This document shows, piece after piece, positions 10,021-19,090 of a stretch of DNA of 64,000 bases. Each line of letters starts with the position of its first letter. Position 1 is the first letter of the stretch. The stretch is from contig CANHRE010000004.1 of the NCBI GenBank assembly GCA_947463095.1, positions 11,077-75,076 of the forward strand, in the 5' to 3' direction. A model generated the notes under the pieces. The model saw only the letters and a program-made list of their open reading frames with translations, ran no database searches and was not told where the DNA came from. The position numbers and the translations under genes were made by a program. Source of the stretch: Flavobacteriales bacterium. Its GTDB lineage: Bacteria; Bacteroidota; Bacteroidia; NS11-12g; UBA955.

Positions 10021-11079
10021 ATGCTGTTGGATACCCAAACATGGTTCTTTGTAGGATTTCTACTGTTCGTCATTCTGGTGCTCATCATTGACCTGGGCGT
10101 TCTGTCTGGAAAGACCGATAAACCCGTCGGCTTTAAAGAATCCCTGCGCTGGACAGGTATTTGGGTGAGTTGCGCCATGTTGTTTGCCACCCTGCTGTAC
10201 ACAAAAGGAGAGTGGATACACGGGTTTTCTTCCCTCCAGCATCTGGAATCCTATCAGCAGGAGTTTCAGCAGAAGTTTGAACTCAGTGGTTCGGAAGCGT
10301 CGTCGTTCCAAGCCTTCCGGCAGCTGATTACCATACAATTTCTTACCGGCTACTTTATTGAATATTCCCTGAGCGCCGACAATCTGTTTGTGATCCTGCT
10401 CATCTTTTCCTCGTTCAATGTTCCGGAGAAGTACTACAAGCGCATCCTGCTTTGGGGCGTGCTCGGGGCTATCGTGTTCCGCTTTGTGTTCATCTTTGCC
10501 GGGGCCGCCCTGATCAACAACTTTGCCTGGACGCTGTACTTGTTCGGTGGCTTCCTTGTGTATTCAGGATTGGTGCTGTTCTTCACCAGCGACAAAGAAG
10601 AGAAAATCGACACAAAGGCCCACCCGGTGGTGCGCATCAGCAGCCGCATATTCAATGTGTTCCCCCGTTTTGTTCATTACCACTTCGTGATACGCAAGCA
10701 CGGAAGGTTGTTTGTTACACCCATGTTCCTGGTGTTGCTGGTGGTGGAATTTTCTGACCTCATCTTCGCGGTGGATAGTGTTCCTGCCATCTTCGGCGTT
10801 ACCAAGGATCCTTACATCGTGTTCTTTTCCAATGTATTTGCCATAATGGGCTTACGGTCCTTGTTCTTCCTCCTGTCAGGCATCATGCACATGTTCCACT
10901 ACCTGAAATACGGTTTGGCAATCATCCTGGTGTTTATCGGAGCTAAAATGTTCTTTGAACACTGGCTGCACAGCATAGGCTTCAACCATATATGGAGCCT
11001 GTTCTTTATCGTGTTGGTGCTTGGCGGCAGCATTGCTGCCTCCCGTTTCTTCCCACCCCGGGAAGTGAATGCTCATTAA
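10021..11079 (+). CDS. TerC/Alx-family integral membrane protein
   Basis: 352 aa and polytopic. The conserved TerC segments SLSADNLFVILLIFSSF and VLLVVEFSDLIFAVDSVPAIFGVTKDPYIVFFSNVFAIMGLRSLFF are present. Confidence 0.8.
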   Translation: MLLDTQTWFFVGFLLFVILVLIIDLGVLSGKTDKPVGFKESLRWTGIWVSCAMLFATLLYTKGEWIHGFSSLQHLESYQQEFQQKFELSGSEASSFQAFRQLITIQFLTGYFIEYSLSADNLFVILLIFSSFNVPEKYYKRILLWGVLGAIVFRFVFIFAGAALINNFAWTLYLFGGFLVYSGLVLFFTSDKEEKIDTKAHPVVRISSRIFNVFPRFVHYHFVIRKHGRLFVTPMFLVLLVVEFSDLIFAVDSVPAIFGVTKDPYIVFFSNVFAIMGLRSLFFLLSGIMHMFHYLKYGLAIILVFIGAKMFFEHWLHSIGFNHIWSLFFIVLVLGGSIAASRFFPPREVNAH

Positions 11080-11089
11080 GGCGGAAGCC

Positions 11090-12490
11090 TTACATGTATC
11101 CCAGTGTTTTCAGCATGCTTTTGTAGCTCTGCTCTTTGCTGAACAGGCGCGTCCTGATTTCACCGGTTTCGTGGTCGCGGTCAATAATAACATGCTTGGG
11201 CGCAGGCGTCAGGCAGTGTTGAATGCCTCCGTAGCCGCCAATGCTTTCCTGGTATGCGCCAGTATGGAAGAATCCGATGAACAGCGGGTCATCTTCGCGG
11301 AAACGCGGCAGGTAGATGGCATTTACATGTTGCTCTGAGTTGTAGTAGTCGTCACTGTCGCAGGTGATACCGCCCAGCAGCACACGCTCGTATTCATCGT
11401 CCCAGCGATTGATGGGCAGCATAATGAACTTTTTGTTGATGGCCCAGGCGTCGGGTAAGGTAGTCATGAAACTGCTGTCGATCATGTTCCAGCGCTCCCG
11501 GTCGTTTTGGCGCTTCTGGTACAATACCTGGAAAATGGCTCCGCCGGATTCTCCAACGGTAAAGGACCCGAACTCAGTGAAAATGTCCGGCTCCGGTACT
11601 CCGTTTTCACCGCATACCTGTTTGATTTGGGAAACTATTTCCGTGGCAATGTATTCGTAGTCGTAATCGTAGCTCAGCGAATTTTTAATGGGGAAGCCTC
11701 CGCCAATATTCAGGGTGTTCAACTCCGGACATTCCTTCTTCAATTCGCAGTAAACTTTCAGGCACTTGTGCAGCTCGTTCCAATAATAAGCGGAATCCAC
11801 AATGCCCGTATTGATGAAGAAGTGCAGCATCTTCAGTTGCACATTGCTTTTCCCTTTTATGTGCTGGCGATAGAAGGGAAGGATACCGCGATAACCTATG
11901 CCCAGCCGGCTGGTATAGAATTCGAACTTTGGTTCTTCCTCTGCCGCAATGCGGATACCGCAGGTGAAGGGAACATTGACCTGCGATTCCAACATTTCGA
12001 TTTCTCGGTAATTGTCTATAACCGGAATGCAGTTGATCCATCCGTCGTTGATCAAGCCGGCAATGTTCTCAATGTAATTTTCGCGCTTGAATCCATTACA
12101 TACCACATACTTGTCTTTGCTCAGAAAACCCTGTTCGTATAAGGTTTCTACGATGTTAATATCAAAGGCGCTGCTTGTTTCAATATGGATATCGTTTTTC
12201 AGTGCCTCTTCAAGTACATAGTGAAAGTGATTGCTTTTGGTGCAATAGCAATAGTAGTATTTCCCTTTGTAGTCTGCCTTGGCTATGGCCACATTGAACC
12301 AAGTTCTGGCCTTGTGGATATTCTCGGAAATTTTAGGCAGGTAGGTAAACTTCAACGGTGTCCCGTATTGCTCAACCAGATCCATAAGGGGAATCCCCTG
12401 AAAACGAAGTTCCTTGTCGTCGTCCAAGTCAAATTCTTCCTGAGGAAAGAAAAAGGTTTGGTTGATCAGGTCGAAATATTTGTTTTTCAT
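11090..12490 (-). CDS. PLP-dependent fold-III decarboxylase (Orn/DAP/Arg decarboxylase family 2), SpeA-like arginine decarboxylase
   Basis: 466 aa. YKGKYYYCYCTKSNHFHYVLEEAL…IETSSAFDI parallels the SpeA PLP-lysine region (…Y(F/C)…K(V/S)N…LEAGSKAEL). GGGFPI and the CDSDDYY substrate-loop motif are also present. Confidence 0.6.
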   Translation of the reverse strand: MKNKYFDLINQTFFFPQEEFDLDDDKELRFQGIPLMDLVEQYGTPLKFTYLPKISENIHKARTWFNVAIAKADYKGKYYYCYCTKSNHFHYVLEEALKNDIHIETSSAFDINIVETLYEQGFLSKDKYVVCNGFKRENYIENIAGLINDGWINCIPVIDNYREIEMLESQVNVPFTCGIRIAAEEEPKFEFYTSRLGIGYRGILPFYRQHIKGKSNVQLKMLHFFINTGIVDSAYYWNELHKCLKVYCELKKECPELNTLNIGGGFPIKNSLSYDYDYEYIATEIVSQIKQVCGENGVPEPDIFTEFGSFTVGESGGAIFQVLYQKRQNDRERWNMIDSSFMTTLPDAWAINKKFIMLPINRWDDEYERVLLGGITCDSDDYYNSEQHVNAIYLPRFREDDPLFIGFFHTGAYQESIGGYGGIQHCLTPAPKHVIIDRDHETGEIRTRLFSKEQSYKSMLKTLGYM

Positions 12491-12561
12491 TAATCCGAGT
12501 GTGCTGCTTTTGTTTTGAAATGCAAAAGTAATTCAGTCGGATTGGCTTTTTATGGATTTTT

Positions 12562-12924
12562 TTAGGAAAAAATGTAGGGGAAGAATACGGCAATGGCCAC
12601 GGCAACTCCAAACAAGCTAGCCAGTAAAACTGCGCCTGCAGCAAGGTCTTTAACCCTTCCCGCCACGGGGTGAAATTCCGGATGCGCCAAATTAGTTAGT
12701 TGTTCTATTGCGGTGTTGAGTAACTCAGTTACCCATACCAGGGTAATGGCTATGCTTAACCATAGGTAATCTGACTTGCTTACGTTCAATGAATATGCCG
12801 TTATGAATACCAACAGGGTTGATATCAGGTGAAAGCGCATATTGCGTTCATGGCGCAATGCATAGCTAATTCCCTTGAATGCTACAATAAATGCCTGACC
12901 AAAAGGCTGTCTTGGCTTAGGCAT
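12562..12924 (-). CDS. dgkA: Diacylglycerol kinase (prokaryotic DgkA family)
   Basis: 120 aa with 3 TM helices. The TELLNTAIEQL motif is the DgkA signature. Its start overlaps the stop of the upstream CCA-enzyme gene. Confidence 0.8.
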   Translation of the reverse strand: MPKPRQPFGQAFIVAFKGISYALRHERNMRFHLISTLLVFITAYSLNVSKSDYLWLSIAITLVWVTELLNTAIEQLTNLAHPEFHPVAGRVKDLAAGAVLLASLFGVAVAIAVFFPYIFS

Positions 12925-14332
12925 GTTTCACAGGATTCATGCCCAGTTCCAAACCGCGTTGAATCATAAACTGATAGGCCGCATCAAAATCATTGGACAC
13001 CGTTCCCTCCAGAATGGCTTCCCTGATTTCATGTTTTAGGTTGCCAATATGTTTAACGTCATGAATTTGGAAATACTCCATGATGTGTGTTCCGGTAACG
13101 GGTGGTTGCCAGTTGCGCAGGCGATCCTTTTCTGTAACTTCTTCTATTTTACTGGCTACCAACTCCAGGTTTTTCAGGTAGCGGTTTACCTTTTCTTCGT
13201 TTTTGCTGGTGATATCGGCGCGGCTGAGCAACAATAAATCGGTGATATCCTCGCCGGCGTCCACAATCAGCCTGCGCACCGCCGAATCGGTAACCGTTTC
13301 TTTAGACAATACGATAGGACGCAGGTGCAGCGCCACCAGTTTCTCTACATATTTCATTTTATGATCTAAAGGCAGCCTCAGGTTTCTGAAAATGCCCTTG
13401 ACCATGCGCGCTCCTTTATCCTCGTGGCCATGGAAGGTCCATCCATCAATCGTATCGAAGCGCTTGGTGGCGGGCTTAGCAATGTCGTGTAATACAGCAG
13501 CCCAACGAAGCCAGAGGTTGTCGGTCCATTCGCATAAGTTGTCCAATACCTGAAGGGTATGGTAGAAATTGTCCTTATGGCTTTTACCATTGATGGTTTC
13601 AACGCCAAACAGGGCCACCATTTCAGGAAAGAACTCCCGGAGCAGTCCTGTTTTAAACAACAGGCTGAACCCTTTTGACGGCTTATTTGCCATCATGATT
13701 TTGTTTAATTCATCGCTGATTCGTTCTCTTGAAACGATGCCTATGCGGCTGCCGTTGCGGCAAATACCCAGGTAGGTTTCCTCTTCAATTATGAAGCCCA
13801 GGGTAGTGGCAAAACGCACCGCACGCAACATGCGCAACGGGTCGTCCGAAAAGGTTTTGTCGGGGTCTGCCGGGGTGCGTATCAACTGATCCTGTATGTC
13901 CTGGATGCCGTTGAACGGATCGTGCATGGTGCCGAAATCAACCTGATTGAGCGATATGCTCAGGGCATTGATGGTGAAGTCGCGGCGCTCCTGGTCATCC
14001 AACAGGCTTCCCGGGCTCACCGAAGGATTTCTGCTGTGGTTTTGATAGGATTCCTTGCGGGCGCCTACAAATTCCAACTCATAGCCCTGCCACTTAAGCT
14101 GGGCTGTTCCATAGTTTTTGAACAGGGCCTTGTGTTTTTCGCCGGGAAGCTGCTGCGCTACGGCCTCGGCAAACGCAGGTCCATCGCCCAGTACCACTAT
14201 GTCCAGGTCTTTACATTTTTTTCCCAGCAGCAAGTCGCGCACAAATCCGCCTATCAACCAGGCCTGGGTGTTGGTTTCTGCAGCCGCTCGGGCCAAATAG
14301 TCAAAAACGGGTTCCTGAAGTGCCGGAATCAC
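12917..14332 (-). CDS. cca: CCA-adding tRNA nucleotidyltransferase / poly(A) polymerase with a C-terminal HD domain
   Basis: 471 aa. The N-terminal nucleotidyltransferase motif is LIGGFVRDLLLGKKCKDLDIVV (GGxVRD…DxD). The middle HD domain has WAAVLHDIAKP. Confidence 0.8.
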   Translation of the reverse strand: MIPALQEPVFDYLARAAAETNTQAWLIGGFVRDLLLGKKCKDLDIVVLGDGPAFAEAVAQQLPGEKHKALFKNYGTAQLKWQGYELEFVGARKESYQNHSRNPSVSPGSLLDDQERRDFTINALSISLNQVDFGTMHDPFNGIQDIQDQLIRTPADPDKTFSDDPLRMLRAVRFATTLGFIIEEETYLGICRNGSRIGIVSRERISDELNKIMMANKPSKGFSLLFKTGLLREFFPEMVALFGVETINGKSHKDNFYHTLQVLDNLCEWTDNLWLRWAAVLHDIAKPATKRFDTIDGWTFHGHEDKGARMVKGIFRNLRLPLDHKMKYVEKLVALHLRPIVLSKETVTDSAVRRLIVDAGEDITDLLLLSRADITSKNEEKVNRYLKNLELVASKIEEVTEKDRLRNWQPPVTGTHIMEYFQIHDVKHIGNLKHEIREAILEGTVSNDFDAAYQFMIQRGLELGMNPVKHA

Positions 14333-14389
14333 GCCACAAAGTTATGATGCAGGGACCTGCGATGCGTTCTTTTATCCTATTTTCGGCAC

Positions 14390-15862
14390 ATGGGGACGGC
14401 AGGCAGGCACTGGAAATGGATTGTGGCGGCATTTACGCTGTTGTATCTGTTGTTGCCCAATGCCAATCCCTCTTCAGATGCAGTGGGTTATGCCGCCACA
14501 CAGCGTTGGAATCCGCTGCATTGTTCGCCCCACCATGTGCTGTACCATGTTTGGTGGACCCTGATGCTGAAAATCCTTCCCTTCCTGAAAAAAATGGATG
14601 TTATTGCGGTGTTGCAGGCCGGCAATGCACTGGCTGCAGGAGGGGTGCTGCTGCTCACCGGAGCACTGATGAACAGGCTTCGTTCCGAATACACCCTGGC
14701 AGTGTTGATGGTAGTTGGTTCATCCTTTGGCTTCATGCGCTATGCCACGGAAAATGAAACTTACATCATGCCCCTACTGTTCGGGATTCTGTCCTTGTGG
14801 TTTATGATGGGAAGCTTGCACGGCAGGTGGTGGTGGTCGGCCCTGGCCCTGGCATTCGCCATGCTGTTTCACCAGACTTACATATTCTGGTGGCTGCCTG
14901 CGGTTTGGTACGCCTTCCGCACAGAGGGAATAAAAAAGGCATTCATCCCGGCTTCGGCATTGCTGCTCACGGCCCTGGTGTATCAAGGCGCTGCCGTGGC
15001 TGAGGAAGAACCCCTGTGGCGCTTCGTTTTCCATGATGTATATGCGGGCGGCGTGCAAACTTCCATCAGCCTGAAGAATTTTTATATGACCCCGATTAGC
15101 CTGCTGCGCAGCTTTATACAGGTACACGGTTACATGCTCTGGTCCTGGAAGCACGATGGATACTGGTCCATACTGTTGAGTCTTGCAGGACTGGGTTTGC
15201 TTGTGTTTGCCGGTATAAAACTGTGGCGCAACATGCGTAAACCGGCAGCCAATCCTTTGTGGAGGCATTTCCTGCTACCCGCACTGATGCTGCATCTGTT
15301 GTTTGCCTTTTATTCCGAAGGGAATGCGGAATTTATGGTGATGATGCCGTTCCTCTTGGCTATGGGAGCGGCTTCCTGTGCGGTTATTGCGCCTCGTCCA
15401 ATCATCTTTACCGGACTGGCGTTGCTGTTCTGGAATCTGGTTCACGGATTGCTTCCCTGGCATTTCCGGGATTTTTACGGGCACAGGCAGTTGCTCACCA
15501 AATGGGTCAACAGGCCGCCTGACTGGTTTATGGTCAGCGAAGAGCCGGTGATGATGCGCAACCTGTATTATTATCATTTTGGGGTTCAGGATTACAGCTT
15601 GATTCTCGATTCCCCTGATTGGGCCGCTGCCAAAGGAACTCCACCTGAAATGGCTATTTCTGTTATAGATTCAGTATTGAAATTGCCGCTGCGTCAGGTA
15701 TTGTATGCTGACTATAGCCGCTACTTGTTTAACCGTGCAAAGGCGACGGCGCGCGGTGCACAGGCTTCAAACGGTTTGCAAACTTTTTTTCAACTGGAAA
15801 CTGCAGATTCATTCAAAAATATGGCCGGCAAGCAGCTGATTTATCTGATGAAAGATCGGTAA
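14390..15862 (+). CDS. Polytopic membrane protein, GT-C-like (candidate polyprenyl-phosphate-sugar-dependent glycosyltransferase)
   Basis: 490 aa with about 12 TM helices. An acidic motif (YATENETYIMP) sits in the first predicted periplasmic loop, as in GT-C enzymes. The family assignment is tentative. Confidence 0.4.
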   Translation: MGTAGRHWKWIVAAFTLLYLLLPNANPSSDAVGYAATQRWNPLHCSPHHVLYHVWWTLMLKILPFLKKMDVIAVLQAGNALAAGGVLLLTGALMNRLRSEYTLAVLMVVGSSFGFMRYATENETYIMPLLFGILSLWFMMGSLHGRWWWSALALAFAMLFHQTYIFWWLPAVWYAFRTEGIKKAFIPASALLLTALVYQGAAVAEEEPLWRFVFHDVYAGGVQTSISLKNFYMTPISLLRSFIQVHGYMLWSWKHDGYWSILLSLAGLGLLVFAGIKLWRNMRKPAANPLWRHFLLPALMLHLLFAFYSEGNAEFMVMMPFLLAMGAASCAVIAPRPIIFTGLALLFWNLVHGLLPWHFRDFYGHRQLLTKWVNRPPDWFMVSEEPVMMRNLYYYHFGVQDYSLILDSPDWAAAKGTPPEMAISVIDSVLKLPLRQVLYADYSRYLFNRAKATARGAQASNGLQTFFQLETADSFKNMAGKQLIYLMKDR

Positions 15863-15866
15863 GTTT

Positions 15867-16330
15867 CACTGCTGTCCAAAACGTTTTTTATTGAACAGTT
15901 AGTGTGCTGATTATCAAGGATTAAGCTGTCTTTTTTTGCCATTTTGATTTTTACCCCCCCCACCGAATCAACCATATTCTATTCTTTCCTCTTACTTTTT
16001 CCTTGATGAAAAAGTAAGCAAAAAATCAAGGCTGCTTGGATAGTGGATAGTGGATAGTGGTAAGGGATAAGTGGTAAGTGGTAAGAGCCGGTCCCCGCCT
16101 GCTCCCACCGAGTTGCAAAGCAACTGCTTGCCCCCACTGGATTGCGCAGCAAGACACCGTGGGGGTGGGGGAGCAGCTTGCCCCCCTTGTCCTTCGCTGC
16201 GCTCACTTACGCCTGCCCCGTAAGCGCAGCGACAGGGGGGGCAGGCGCAAGCGCAGCGATGCGGGGTTATATTAATAGCAATAACAGGAAACAAATATTC
16301 AGAGCCCCGGCCCCGCCCGAGTTAAGCGAG
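15867..16330. repeat. Modular structured intergenic repeat, copy A: hairpin module, heptamer array and G/C-rich stem-loop modules
   Basis: 15867-16035 matches the reverse complement of 54727-54894. 15989-16175 matches 47878-48127 in direct orientation. There is a perfect 10-bp-stem hairpin (CTTACTTTTT-ccttgatg-AAAAAGTAAG) at 15991-16018 and seven tandem TGGWWAG heptamers at 16037-16085. C-run/G-run stems (CCCCCAC…GTGGGGG) follow, and more palindromic GC-rich stems extend to about 16330. The repeat lies in a convergent 3'-3' intergenic region. Confidence 0.85.
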
Positions 16331-16474
16331 CGGCGGGGGCATATTAAGTTCTTGAAGAGTTGTCAATATTTTGGAATGGTTCTGCAATTCAAAGGCAGGT
16401 CTCCTTACCCAATATTGGCTAAAATTTATTTTGGACAGATGTGTGTTGGATTTTATGAGTGTTCAGCGGTTCTC

Positions 16475-17140
16475 CTATTCCCAGCCAAGTTTGCCCGTGA
16501 GCGGCACGAAGCGGAAGTCGCCCAGGATTTCGGTGCTGTAGTTTTCGCCCGTTTTGGTAAGACGCACCATTTTTTGATCGTTGCGTTGTTTGCCTACTGG
16601 AATTACCATGATGCCGCCATCTGACAGTTGATCTACCAGTGGTTTCGGGATGGCCGGCGCCCCGGCGGTAACGAGTATTCTGTCGTAGGGTGCAAATTTT
16701 TTCAGGCCCTGGGAACCGTCAGATTGGAACACTTGTGCTTTGCTGTCTAATAATGTGAGCATTTCACGTGCTGTATTGGTGAGTTCAGGGATGATTTCAA
16801 CGCTGAACACCTGCAGCCCCATGCGGTCCAGAACGGAAGCCTGATAGCCGCTTCCCGTGCCAATCTCCAATACCTTCATGCCGGGTTCCGCCTTCAGCGA
16901 CTGGCTTTGGAATGCCACGGTATAAGGCTGTGAAATCGTTTGTCCGTGGCCGATGGGAAAGGCTTCATCACGGTAGGCGAATTGCTCGAACTCTTTCGGG
17001 AAAAACACATGTCTTGGAATCATGCCGATGGCCTCCAGCACACGGGCATCGTGGATGCCTTTGCTTCGCAGCAACTCAACCAGTTGTCGCCTTTGGCCGA
17101 GATGTCGTGGTTGATCTTCCGGGTGGTGGTTTTTAAACAT
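16475..17140 (-). CDS. pcm: Protein-L-isoaspartate(D-aspartate) O-methyltransferase
   Basis: MFKNHHPEDQPRHLGQRRQLVELLRSKGI… followed by the SAM-binding VLEIGTGSGYQASVL and a PCMT-type C-terminus. The ORF track's upstream extension to 17200 is probably not translated. Confidence 0.85.
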   Translation of the reverse strand: MFKNHHPEDQPRHLGQRRQLVELLRSKGIHDARVLEAIGMIPRHVFFPKEFEQFAYRDEAFPIGHGQTISQPYTVAFQSQSLKAEPGMKVLEIGTGSGYQASVLDRMGLQVFSVEIIPELTNTAREMLTLLDSKAQVFQSDGSQGLKKFAPYDRILVTAGAPAIPKPLVDQLSDGGIMVIPVGKQRNDQKMVRLTKTGENYSTEILGDFRFVPLTGKLGWE

Positions 17141-17186
17141 GGGTTGAAAACATATCAGATTTATACGATGAACGCAGTGTCCATAT

Positions 17187-18176
17187 TTGCGGAGGCGCAA
17201 TTTACGTCAGCGCATGATAAAAACAGGAGTCATTGCTTCCCGCCGCCGGATGGACCATTACCAGCAAACGCTGGGGGCTTTTTCCGTGCTCGACCTTGCC
17301 GGTTACCTCGATACCGACGACAAGGCCAATTATGATGCATACGGTAACTTGTTGTATGTAAACGACTTCATGGCGCGCATTGACGCGGTGATTGTGGACC
17401 GTTATACAGGGTATATTCCCGATGCTCTGGTAAAACAATTGCTGCGCAGCGGCAAACATGTTCTGGCCGATGGCTTCCTGCTTTCTGATCCCAACATGTT
17501 GCAGGAACTGCTGGATTTGAATCAGGAAGCCCGTGTGGTGTTTCAGGTTGCCGGCAGTGCCTACGCCAAGCCGGTGTTCCAGGCCGCCTTGCCCTTGCTG
17601 CATGAACCTCAGCTGATTAAGTTGGAGAAATACACACCGTCACTGGCTGTGGGCAATTTTGATCGCTGGCTGCACTTTACCATGAGCAACGAATTGGATA
17701 TGGCCTTGAGGGTTATCCGCAGCGATGTAAAGTCGGTGAAGGCCAAGCCTGTATTCATGTTCAGCAACCACCCAGACTTAATCAACGTTCACCTGGAGTT
17801 TCACAATGGCAGTGTTTTTCAGATGAGCTTTGGTCGCATCCCTTCGGAAGATGCCTGTGTCATGAGGGTTTACAGCCGCGACCGTTTCTACCGCATCGAC
17901 CTGGACCGCAGCAGCATTAAAGAATGCCGGTTAAAAGAAGGGGAGCAGCAACTTGACTTTGCTTTAGATGAATGGGTTCATCCCGCAGTAAAAGGTTTCG
18001 AAGAACTGGAGCGACCCGTTGTCTGGTTTGACCCCTGGAAGGCAGAAATAAGGGCCTTTGTAGAGCACATCTCTTTGGACCGTAAACCCGCAACAGGACT
18101 GGAAGAAATGCACCATGTTGCCGTGCTGGTCCGGGAAGTGAAACACCAGTTATCCAGAAACTATGTGTTTGAGTAA
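17187..18176 (+). CDS. Hypothetical protein, possibly a Gfo/Idh/MocA-like oxidoreductase
   Basis: 329 aa with a Rossmann-like N-terminus (MIKTGVIASRR…) and a length and layout compatible with the Gfo/Idh/MocA family. Similarity is weak, and the true start may be M11 (17217). Confidence 0.35.
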   Translation: MRRRNLRQRMIKTGVIASRRRMDHYQQTLGAFSVLDLAGYLDTDDKANYDAYGNLLYVNDFMARIDAVIVDRYTGYIPDALVKQLLRSGKHVLADGFLLSDPNMLQELLDLNQEARVVFQVAGSAYAKPVFQAALPLLHEPQLIKLEKYTPSLAVGNFDRWLHFTMSNELDMALRVIRSDVKSVKAKPVFMFSNHPDLINVHLEFHNGSVFQMSFGRIPSEDACVMRVYSRDRFYRIDLDRSSIKECRLKEGEQQLDFALDEWVHPAVKGFEELERPVVWFDPWKAEIRAFVEHISLDRKPATGLEEMHHVAVLVREVKHQLSRNYVFE

Positions 18177-18187
18177 CTTCGCAGCGT

Positions 18188-19090
18188 ATGCGTTGTCCCG
18201 CATTTCTGTTGAGTTTGTGTGCCGCCTTTCTGGCGCTGCCGGCTTGTGACCTGATTAATCCAGAGGAGGAAATTCCTTCTTTTGTTCAAATTGATTCCTT
18301 CAGTTTTTCCACCCTTTATGCCACTCAGGGTTTGCCCAGCGCAGATATTCCCGATGTGCACGTTTACGTGGACAATAAGTTCATAGGGATTTATGAGTTG
18401 CCCGCACGGGTACCTGTAATGAAAACGGGTAAGGTAACCGTGTCGCTGCTTCCCGGTATCCGCGAAAATGCACTGGCCATAGCCCATCGCCCGGTGCGGA
18501 TTTATCGCTCTTTTGACACATCTCTGATATTGGAAGCGGGAAAAGCAGTGGTTGTAAAACCGCGCAGCACCTACCGCGATAATGTGCGCTTTGCCTGGAT
18601 GGAAGATTTTGAAGACCGCAGCAACTCGCTGGTATTCACCACCCGCAGCAACCGTGACAGCATGGCCATCATCCCTGCCGGATCCGCGCCATGGGCCTAT
18701 CCTGCCGCCCCGAATTCAGCATGGTCGCTCTACGCAGATATGGGCGCATCCGACAGCTTTAAACTGTTCGAGCTGAAAACGTTCAACAGCTTTAATGACC
18801 TGCCCGTGGGTGGTCGCGACGTATATCTGGAAATGGATTACTATAGCACCCTGCCCCTGCAAACCGGATTGTTCAAACTTTCAGGGATGATTTACGAACA
18901 GGTGCCTTTGGTGCTGTTGCCCGAAACCGGCGGCAAATGGCGAAAGGTGTACCTGAATTTAAATGTAGAACTCGCCGGCTTAACAGCAGGAACACCCATC
19001 GAACTGTATTTCGGAATCATCAAGCAGACCGGCTTTCTGGATCGCACCAGATTTGGGCTGGATAACATGAAATTATCCTACCTGAATTGA
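18188..19090 (+). CDS. Lipoprotein of unknown function
   Basis: 300 aa with a signal peptide and lipobox (…AAFLALPAC|D). Its stop overlaps the start of the downstream sugar-transferase gene (ATGA-type coupling). Confidence 0.55.
   Translation: MRCPAFLLSLCAAFLALPACDLINPEEEIPSFVQIDSFSFSTLYATQGLPSADIPDVHVYVDNKFIGIYELPARVPVMKTGKVTVSLLPGIRENALAIAHRPVRIYRSFDTSLILEAGKAVVVKPRSTYRDNVRFAWMEDFEDRSNSLVFTTRSNRDSMAIIPAGSAPWAYPAAPNSAWSLYADMGASDSFKLFELKTFNSFNDLPVGGRDVYLEMDYYSTLPLQTGLFKLSGMIYEQVPLVLLPETGGKWRKVYLNLNVELAGLTAGTPIELYFGIIKQTGFLDRTRFGLDNMKLSYLN

Noticed and set aside
16037-16085. Tandem heptamer array (TGGATAG x3, TGGTAAG, GGATAAG, TGGTAAG x2), considered as a possible CRISPR array
   Set aside because: Units are 7 bp with no spacers, and no cas genes are nearby. 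This is a simple tandem repeat inside the modular intergenic element, not a CRISPR array.
15979-16624. ORF-track frames 15979-16206, 15992-16294, 16078-16275 and 16142-16624 lying across repeat copy A
   Set aside because: They lie entirely within the structured GC-rich repeat. Their Gly/Pro/Arg/Ala-rich low-complexity translations mirror the C/G runs, with no start context or homology. They are judged spurious.
17141-17200. N-terminal 20-aa extension of pcm (MRLRKYGHCVHRINLICFQP)
   Set aside because: Not part of the conserved PCMT N-terminus, which typically begins near MFKN…. It is probably read-through of the upstream frame.
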